64,000 nt of DNA from a candidate division FCPU426 bacterium (lineage in GTDB: Bacteria; Oederibacteriota; JAAXVQ01; JAUVAV01), in the NCBI GenBank assembly GCA_040756875.1, contig JBFLYH010000002.1, positions 126,526 through 190,525 of the forward strand, written 5' to 3'. Below are positions 19,887 through 26,996 of this stretch, one piece after another (the stretch's first letter is position 1; every line of letters starts with the position of its first letter). A program made the translations under genes and the position numbers. Below the pieces are notes generated by a model. That model had not been told where the DNA came from. It saw only the letters and a list, made by a program, of their open reading frames with translations, and ran no database searches.

Positions 19887-21359
19887 TTACTCAGAAATAC
19901 GCTTATACACGATCCATCCGTCCTCCGCGGCCATGACCTGGTATTGGTCCGAAGCCGCGAAAAAAGCATCCGCAGCCCGCAAATCCGTTTCCAGCCAGTT
20001 CCCTTTAAACCGCGCGGTATCGAAGAGCACATATTCCGGCTGCCACTTCGGCACGCCGCCCGGGACCTGGCCCGGATAGTGAATGCAGTAAACTTCCGGC
20101 CGCATGGCCACAGCCTGCACCAGACGCTCCTGCGTCAGCACCGAAGCCTCGGCCGGAATCCGTTTGATCAAGTTCCAGCCTGCGCGCGTATGCGTATTGG
20201 TTATCAGCTGCTTCCAGTCGAATTTAAACGACAGCGGCGAATAAGGCAGCGCAGCCTGGACAAGAATATTGACGCCCAGCATGCCCCACAATAATTTCCG
20301 TGGCCAGGAAGGCGGCACTGCCTCCGGCGCATTGGTTTTACGCTTCATTGCTTTTCCCAAACCCATCGCAGCGGCCAGCCACATGAACGGCAGCACGGCC
20401 ATGGAATAATGGTCCCAGAACCGGTACATCCCGACATGGTTCGTCAGGCTTTTGAACAGGACCGGCACAGCGACCAGCATCATGCCCCAGCCTGAAAGCA
20501 GGGGCAAAAAACCGGCTTGCAGGAACATCTGAAAATCCGCCAGGAGTTTGTCCGGGTTGAAGAGCGCGCCGATAAAAATCCACGGCCGCAGAAGCAGGTT
20601 CCGCCCGATTTCCGCGAACGAACCGCCCAAAAGGGCGAAACGGGACAGGTGGTTCTGGGTATCCGGGCCCAGCATGGACTTGAATTGAAATATCATAAAC
20701 AGCCAAACCGCGGAGCCCATAATGGTTATCCAACCCCACACCGCCCGTTTCTTCCCATAAGCAAGATAAACCCCCACAGGGATGAAGTACAAACCTACGT
20801 CCTCGTTGCTGGTGATGGACAGCAGGGCAAAAAGGGCGTACAGGGCGACTTTTTCTTCCATCATAAAGAGCAATGCCAGAGCGATGAGCAAACCTGAAAA
20901 CGACTCCGGATGAATGGGAGAAAACAAAACCCTCTGGGTGTATTGGGAGAATAAGTAGGCCAGGGCGAATATCAGAGCAGGCCCGGTGTCGCCGAGCATC
21001 CGTTGGACAAGGCGATAAATGACGACGCCAACGCCCGCAATGCAGGCACAGTGCAGAATAAGCAGCGAGTAGGGCGACAGGACGGGCTTGATAACCAAAG
21101 CCAGAGGATACCACAAAACCGTAAAGTGATCGGCCAACGCATGGGTGCCGATCAGGGTGATCCAGGGAGACTGGCCGTGTGCGAGCTTCCAGATCGTCTG
21201 GCCATAGTCGGCCAGATCCAACCCGCCGATGGAAAAAGTCCGGAAGCGCAGGATAAGGAGGCAGGAATAAACCAGCGCGTAGAGAACCGCGATACCCGCC
21301 AACAGCCAAAGGGACCGGGATTGGGAGGCGAACACGTTTCTGATCGTTTCTTTGGGCAA
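19887..21359 (-). CDS. DUF2079-like polytopic membrane protein (paralog of 17999-19561)
   Basis: DLADYGQ...HALADHFT, FWDHYS, IPAEASV; TTG start after AAGGA inferred (21359 or 21365). Confidence 0.75.
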   Translation of the reverse strand: MPKETIRNVFASQSRSLWLLAGIAVLYALVYSCLLILRFRTFSIGGLDLADYGQTIWKLAHGQSPWITLIGTHALADHFTVLWYPLALVIKPVLSPYSLLILHCACIAGVGVVIYRLVQRMLGDTGPALIFALAYLFSQYTQRVLFSPIHPESFSGLLIALALLFMMEEKVALYALFALLSITSNEDVGLYFIPVGVYLAYGKKRAVWGWITIMGSAVWLFMIFQFKSMLGPDTQNHLSRFALLGGSFAEIGRNLLLRPWIFIGALFNPDKLLADFQMFLQAGFLPLLSGWGMMLVAVPVLFKSLTNHVGMYRFWDHYSMAVLPFMWLAAAMGLGKAMKRKTNAPEAVPPSWPRKLLWGMLGVNILVQAALPYSPLSFKFDWKQLITNTHTRAGWNLIKRIPAEASVLTQERLVQAVAMRPEVYCIHYPGQVPGGVPKWQPEYVLFDTARFKGNWLETDLRAADAFFAASDQYQVMAAEDGWIVYKRISE

Positions 21360-21409
21360 CTGCAAGGTTCCTTTCGCAGCCTGGGTATCCGAGGGATGGT
21401 TAAATCCGT

Positions 21410-22552
21410 TTATCTGCTTTGTGCTTGGGCTTGGGCTGCCGCAGTCGCCCGCGTCCACTCCCTGGCGCCGCGTTCCATGAAAGAGAGGCCTATATACTTC
21501 TCTTTCAAATTATAATAGCGCACTCGTTCCGCGGCGCTCAGGTCGGTCTGTTTAAGACGTTGGTTGATATAATAAGACCTACTTCCGAGGTCCATTTCAG
21601 CAATCATTTGTTCCTCAAGTTGTTCCCGTGTCTGTTCAATTGTCGTACTATTCAGTAAAAGTAAACTGGCAGGTTGAGTATAGGTATTTGGTTGTATTTG
21701 ACCAGTATTTTGCGAGCCACCCATCCGACGCCGCATTTCCCTGTCGATATCTTCATCCACCCTGGTCAAACGCACGCGCCAGTTATGGGTGATAGCCGCA
21801 GGTATTCCAGGAAGTCCAGTACCTGCATCGTAAAGTTCCGCTCTTGCACGCGTAGTAATATCCAGTAGTTCAATCCCTAAGGTTTTTCCTCCAATGGCAG
21901 CATTCTTCGTTTTCCATTCTACACGTGATTGCACATACCAATCGTAGTTTGGTTCTATTGCTTCAATAGGCACAGGAATCGTAAACGGAACCGATACAGC
22001 CCGCAGCTTTATTCCCAGGTCCGTATTCAGCGTTAATAGATTCGGCAGGTCCCAAAAACGTCTAAGATCAATAAAAGTCACATCGTAGGGATATATCCCG
22101 AATTTGTTATTCTCTTTTTTCAATCCATTTTCCGTGGCAATCCTGTCTATCCAGTGATCATTTTCATACCATCCTCGATATCGCGGAACTATATCCATAC
22201 CTACAACCAAAGTCGTTACTGCCATAAATATCTGTGCTGATAAAGCAGTAATCGGATCAGGATATGACTTCGTTTCGTTCACTGTTCCGCCTATGCGCGC
22301 CACATAGATGACGAGATTCGCATATGTGATTTTATTCAATAATCGCGCTTTTAGCGCCGCGGCGGAAAGGGCCAGCTGGTCCGCCGCGTTCTGCGCCCTG
22401 GCTTTCATGACGCCCATGTAAATGACATTAGCTGTGACCAGGGTGAAGCTGGCCAGCAGCAGCACGAGGATCAGGGTCATGTACAGCACGTTCCCTGACT
22501 CATCATTCCGCAGGCGCCGCAGGATGCCCTTCCAATTCCCCGGGGATTTCAC
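21410..22552 (-). CDS. TadG-like pseudopilin with AT-rich central/C-terminal region
   Basis: RRLRNDESG|NVLYMTLILVLLL...KARAQNAADQLALSAA matches the Tad N-terminal pattern. Confidence 0.7.
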   Translation of the reverse strand: MKSPGNWKGILRRLRNDESGNVLYMTLILVLLLASFTLVTANVIYMGVMKARAQNAADQLALSAAALKARLLNKITYANLVIYVARIGGTVNETKSYPDPITALSAQIFMAVTTLVVGMDIVPRYRGWYENDHWIDRIATENGLKKENNKFGIYPYDVTFIDLRRFWDLPNLLTLNTDLGIKLRAVSVPFTIPVPIEAIEPNYDWYVQSRVEWKTKNAAIGGKTLGIELLDITTRARAELYDAGTGLPGIPAAITHNWRVRLTRVDEDIDREMRRRMGGSQNTGQIQPNTYTQPASLLLLNSTTIEQTREQLEEQMIAEMDLGSRSYYINQRLKQTDLSAAERVRYYNLKEKYIGLSFMERGAREWTRATAAAQAQAQSR

Positions 22553-22565
22553 TTCACTCCGCTCC

Positions 22566-22790
22566 TCAAACTTTTTTCTTCAACCAAGCGGCAAGCAAGC
22601 GCCACAGCCATTGAAAAAGCGCAATGATCGTCAGCGCCAGGCCCGCGATCGTGGTAAAACGCGACAGCTCGCGCAGATAGCCGTGGATGCCCGCCAGCAG
22701 GAATATGGTGTTCACCGCAAACCCGCCGAAGAGCAGGATAAGACCCACAGGGAGCAAAGAACGGGATTTTTTCAGCTTGATCTCATCCAT
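22566..22790 (-). CDS. Small two-TM membrane protein
   Basis: AAGGAG RBS, two hydrophobic helices. Confidence 0.6.
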   Translation of the reverse strand: MDEIKLKKSRSLLPVGLILLFGGFAVNTIFLLAGIHGYLRELSRFTTIAGLALTIIALFQWLWRLLAAWLKKKV

Positions 22791-22823
22791 AGTTGGCTCC
22801 TTTTTAACCGCACTTAGGGCACT

Positions 22824-24449
22824 TCAATTTACCCGATTGTCCATATCCTTTGGGTTTTTATCTTGGTTATCATTTTCTCCATCATTCAATTTATACAATC
22901 TTATTTCCGGCCCCGCCTGGCCTGGTTTCGGTAATACGGTTTTAATCAACGTGCTTTCCGCGAAAAGCGAACGATAGAACGCCGCCTCGCGTTCATACCG
23001 AGTCGGATTATTTAAAAACAAATTGAATCGCATGCTTCCCACCAATAAATACTCATACCCTTCTTTTTTATATTCATCCAAGGGCACATCGCTCAGGGTG
23101 TTTTTCTCGATATTAACATAATTTTTCTTCAGCAAAGGCGCGGTGTACCACTCGTTGGCAATATGGCTCCCGAATGGCACGTTTTTAAGTATCCAACGAT
23201 ACATATCTATTCTGGTACTATATCGAGCCTGGCTGACATTGTATTTGATCGTGTTTATTGCCGGCAGAATCGAAACCGCCACCACGGCTAATACAAGGTA
23301 AAAACTTTTGTTTGCCTTGGGCTGGTTGAAATAAATCATGGCCCATTCAACGGTTTTATCCAAAGCCACCGCCGTGAATAAGGCAAACAAAGGCAGTAAT
23401 TCAACAATCCATCTTGCCCAATGAAGATGTTGGGCGCAGACTCCAGCGAAAAATACGAAAAACAGCAACACACCCAATAGGGCTTTGTCATACTTTTTGG
23501 TTAAAATAATTGCTATGCCAACTATCGCGAATATCATTTGAATCCACGTCACGCTCGCGGGAAACACGTTAAATAAATACCACCCCATATTCCCGAGCGG
23601 AGATAAATTATCCGCGCCACCGTGCACTACCCTTGCTTCACGCAGGATATTTTCAACAGCCGTATGAAAATCCAGTAAAAAGAAGGGAGTGACGGCAAAA
23701 AACGTAATAAATATAACCATCAAACCTAATAGCACGCCTACTGTTATTGTCTTTGTATTTTGGTTCGGCCGGGTTTTAACTAAAAAAGCAATACTCGCGA
23801 TTAAATAAACTGGTATTAATAAAGCCATAAAATACCTGCTGGCAATACCCAAACCTATCACGATCCCAACAAGCACTTGATTGACTAATTTGGGATCTGA
23901 ATACAATCGAATAATCAATCGCAAACCGAGGATACCAAAGAATGTCGCTACGCTGTCAGTACGTACTAATTGGGATTGAGCAATTGCCAATTGGTAATTG
24001 AGGTACAAGCCGGCCGCCATCAGGCCGATTTTATCGTTATACAAATCGCGCCCCAGTCCAAATAGCATAAACAATGTCGCAACGTTCCACAAAATAGCTA
24101 TTATTCTGCCTATATAGTAAAAAGCACTGTCATTTTCATCAAATCGCAAAACAACCTTTGAATCCGCCTTGAACAAAGGGCCGTTATTGAAAATAACATT
24201 CCGCAAATGATATACGATCGCCAAAGGATAAATGACCGTCGATCCCGGATGACCAAATATTCTCGGATGAAAACTCCCGGTGGAGACTATTCTCACTGCA
24301 GAATAGACGAATTCCGGTTCATCAAGGTCCGGAACATACGGAAGGTCTTTGCGAATTCCCCAGAGATGCATAAATGCAGAAAGAGCAAGTAATACTGCCA
24401 AGCATCTCGTTATATTTTTATGTGATTTTCCAATGATATTGTCATTCAT
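22824..24449 (-). CDS. GT-C (PMT/ArnT-like, family 39-like) glycosyltransferase, AT-rich
   Basis: PDLDEP N-terminal motif, RTDS, many TM helices, C-terminal soluble domain. Confidence 0.75.
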   Translation of the reverse strand: MNDNIIGKSHKNITRCLAVLLALSAFMHLWGIRKDLPYVPDLDEPEFVYSAVRIVSTGSFHPRIFGHPGSTVIYPLAIVYHLRNVIFNNGPLFKADSKVVLRFDENDSAFYYIGRIIAILWNVATLFMLFGLGRDLYNDKIGLMAAGLYLNYQLAIAQSQLVRTDSVATFFGILGLRLIIRLYSDPKLVNQVLVGIVIGLGIASRYFMALLIPVYLIASIAFLVKTRPNQNTKTITVGVLLGLMVIFITFFAVTPFFLLDFHTAVENILREARVVHGGADNLSPLGNMGWYLFNVFPASVTWIQMIFAIVGIAIILTKKYDKALLGVLLFFVFFAGVCAQHLHWARWIVELLPLFALFTAVALDKTVEWAMIYFNQPKANKSFYLVLAVVAVSILPAINTIKYNVSQARYSTRIDMYRWILKNVPFGSHIANEWYTAPLLKKNYVNIEKNTLSDVPLDEYKKEGYEYLLVGSMRFNLFLNNPTRYEREAAFYRSLFAESTLIKTVLPKPGQAGPEIRLYKLNDGENDNQDKNPKDMDNRVN

Positions 24450-24502
24450 AAACTGGCACTTTGCACCTTTCGTATCCGCATCGTTACAGTCGATTTACAT
24501 TT

Positions 24503-25273
24503 CTACCTATAATGAGCAATAATACATAACCGATTCTTAAAAATCCGTTTATCAAACACTGTGCCCGTTTCGAATTTAACCCTGAAATATGCATGATGAT
24601 TGCCAGCAGCAAGATCACTATATATCCCCATATTCGTCATTGAGAAAGGCGGGGCTCCTGATATGAAATAAGTAACGTTGGATTCATCAACCAGCGTGCT
24701 ATCAATATATATTCTCGTCGAAACAACAATATCTGTTTCATATGGATTAACGATGCTCTTCGATGAGATAAATATATCTGCCGAATCCTTCAAGGTAAAT
24801 GGGACATCGATAATTGTAACTTCGTTAGTATTGCTAATGATTTGCATATCAGTGAATCCAGACCAGCTCTCGGTCGCTGCGCCTCTGGCCACATTCAGTG
24901 CATACGGCACGCTGGTCAACGGTTGCCTGGGCGACATCTCGGCATCCGGGCTGACCGCAATCCCAATGTAATACTGCTGGGTGAAATCCAGATTCAACGG
25001 CCTGGCGGCATTCGATCCCAAAATGAGGCTGAAGTAACCGTTGGTTGTCTGGACCGAATAATTATCCGACCAAAGACTGCTTCCTCCTGACAGACTGTCG
25101 TATATGGTCGTAGTCACCGCATAGGTCCCATTGGCCATGGGATTCCCGTTTAAATCCGTCAGGCGGCCCTGGTAATTGACGGTTCTCGGCACATCGGCCA
25201 GGACATTCCCTGCCAATAACACAATCAAGCTTGCAGTTAATAAAGCCCTTCTCATTTTGTTCCCTCCCATCAA
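24503..25273 (-). CDS. Secreted protein with conserved 'NYQGRLTD...VPYAL' N-terminal module and AT-rich C-terminus
   Basis: Signal peptide; VPRTVNYQGRLTDLNG...MSPRQPLTSVPYALNV, a module I recognise from tail-fibre/collagen-like surface proteins. Confidence 0.7.
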   Translation of the reverse strand: MMGGNKMRRALLTASLIVLLAGNVLADVPRTVNYQGRLTDLNGNPMANGTYAVTTTIYDSLSGGSSLWSDNYSVQTTNGYFSLILGSNAARPLNLDFTQQYYIGIAVSPDAEMSPRQPLTSVPYALNVARGAATESWSGFTDMQIISNTNEVTIIDVPFTLKDSADIFISSKSIVNPYETDIVVSTRIYIDSTLVDESNVTYFISGAPPFSMTNMGIYSDLAAGNHHAYFRVKFETGTVFDKRIFKNRLCIIAHYR

Positions 25274-25277
25274 GGTT

Positions 25278-25850
25278 TTAGCGTATAAATGCGATTTTCT
25301 TGGTCACTTTAGTGATTTTCCCGTCGTAGCCTTTGGCTTTGATCCACAGCAAATACACTCCGTTGGCAATGCCGGTCGTATTCCAGTACCAATGGTTTTC
25401 GCCTGCCGGCATACTGTCCCAGTGTTTGGAAATAACCAGGTCATTGTTGATCGTGAATATTTTCAGTTCCACTTCGGCTGATTGCGCCAGGTGATAAACG
25501 ATATTCGCGCGGTTGCCGCGAATGGGATTGGGCGCGGCATAGACATACTCCAGGCTCAAAAGCTCGTTGCCGAAAGTCCGGATAGGCGTGCAGGTCACGG
25601 TCGGCGTAGGCGGCGGCATGAAGTATTCGTTGAAATATCCCGCCTGGATTGACATCGTGCGGCTCCAGCTCTGCCCGACCAGCGGCTCACCGCCCGAATT
25701 AAAGATTTGCCGCCCTGCGCCGGCTTGAGTATTGCCGACACTTTCGAGAACAAACTGGCTCAATCCATAGCTGGCAGACGATTGGGCGGCATAAAGTGGG
25801 GTATTTACTACCACCACAAGTAATAAAACTCCAAATATTCGAGCAAACAT
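25278..25850 (-). CDS. Secreted protein with C-terminal FlgD-Ig/T9SS-CTD-like domain
   Basis: Signal peptide, PTPTVT linker, YAAPNPIRG...WNTTGIANGVYLLWI. Confidence 0.7.
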   Translation of the reverse strand: MFARIFGVLLLVVVVNTPLYAAQSSASYGLSQFVLESVGNTQAGAGRQIFNSGGEPLVGQSWSRTMSIQAGYFNEYFMPPPTPTVTCTPIRTFGNELLSLEYVYAAPNPIRGNRANIVYHLAQSAEVELKIFTINNDLVISKHWDSMPAGENHWYWNTTGIANGVYLLWIKAKGYDGKITKVTKKIAFIR

Positions 25851-25879
25851 GAATTTCCCACCCCCATAAAATTGGGCTA

Positions 25880-26140
25880 TTAACGCGATCGTTTTTTACC
25901 TTTGCTAGATTTATCCGCGGCTAAGCTTCCAGCCTCAAATTCTTTATAGTTTTCAATATGCAATCTAAAATAATCTTTATCAATGATTATATTTCCGCAT
26001 TCACATCCAATATTTCGGGCGGGTATTGAAGGTATAATAGAGCCACACTTTTTACATCTATAAAAAACCCTCTTCCCTTTTGGTGTTTCGCTGGTATCTG
26101 TGATTATTATTTTTAATGGTTTTTAATTTTCATTGATCAT
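25880..26140 (-). pseudogene. Zinc-ribbon protein with an in-frame TAA at codon 6 (absent from the ORF track)
   Basis: Hand translation MINEN*KPLKIIITDTSETPKGKRVFYRCKKCGSIIPSIPARNIGCECGNIIIDKDYFRLHIENYKEFEAGSLAADKSSKGKKRSR*; ATG 11 nt after the upstream stop. Confidence 0.65.
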
Positions 26141-26151
26141 TTTTAATAACC

Positions 26152-26571
26152 TTATATCCAGTCTGTACCTCGTAGTATTCCATCACCATATTTCCGAAGC
26201 AATTCTGCATTTAATTCCAGAGCTTTAAAATATTGTTTATCGTCGGTGATAATTGCTTCGAAAGGAACATTAATGTGTTTTTTGATAACATCATAAAACA
26301 TTATAATATTATCATCTTTTCCAGTATAAGGTTCAGGATATTTCCCTCTTTCGCCCTTCATTACATAAAAGTAAAACGCATTGTCATGAATATCATATCC
26401 CATTTTAATTTGCCGATTCACAGCTCTATTCGTGTAAATGGCTATATATGTCATATTTTCCAAACGAATTTTTCTAATCTTATAATGATACTGTTCGACG
26501 AGAAATTTAAATTTCTTTCTAACATCTTTGAAATAATTTAATGTAGCAATTCCATGCATAGTTCGCCTCAT
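26152..26571 (-). CDS. AT-rich hypothetical protein, putative orphan immunity protein
   Basis: 139 aa, strongly AT-rich, downstream of the toxin-immunity pair. Confidence 0.55.
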   Translation of the reverse strand: MRRTMHGIATLNYFKDVRKKFKFLVEQYHYKIRKIRLENMTYIAIYTNRAVNRQIKMGYDIHDNAFYFYVMKGERGKYPEPYTGKDDNIIMFYDVIKKHINVPFEAIITDDKQYFKALELNAELLRKYGDGILRGTDWI

Positions 26572-26657
26572 ATTGACGGGGACACCATGTTTAACAAATT
26601 AACAATAGTTCTTGCATACAATAATTATTAGTTACTTAAACCTTTTTCGCCTTTACA

Positions 26658-26996
26658 TTACTTTGTGAATTTTCGTTCGAGTATCTTTCCAGTTTTAACA
26701 TCTATCCGATAGGCATCGCCATCCCAATTGCCGACCCACACATGCTTCTTCGCTTCATACAGATCCATATACGGACTGTCTTTATATATGTGGACCGTTT
26801 TCTCGATCTGCCAGATCGTTTCGCCATGCTCGTTTACACCGAAAACATTCTCATTATCATGAATGCCTATGGGTTTCCGTAGAAGCACAATATATACATT
26901 GCCTTTTTTAATGACTTTTTTAATTTCATATTTAAACTTCACTTTATTCTTTTTAAACAACATTTCTTTACCCTTAACAACGATTTGTAATTTCAT
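26658..26996 (-). CDS. Putative cognate immunity protein
   Basis: ATG overlaps the toxin stop (TAATG); AT-rich; NVFGVNEHGETIWQIE...YRIDVKTGKIL. Confidence 0.7.
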   Translation of the reverse strand: MKLQIVVKGKEMLFKKNKVKFKYEIKKVIKKGNVYIVLLRKPIGIHDNENVFGVNEHGETIWQIEKTVHIYKDSPYMDLYEAKKHVWVGNWDGDAYRIDVKTGKILERKFTK

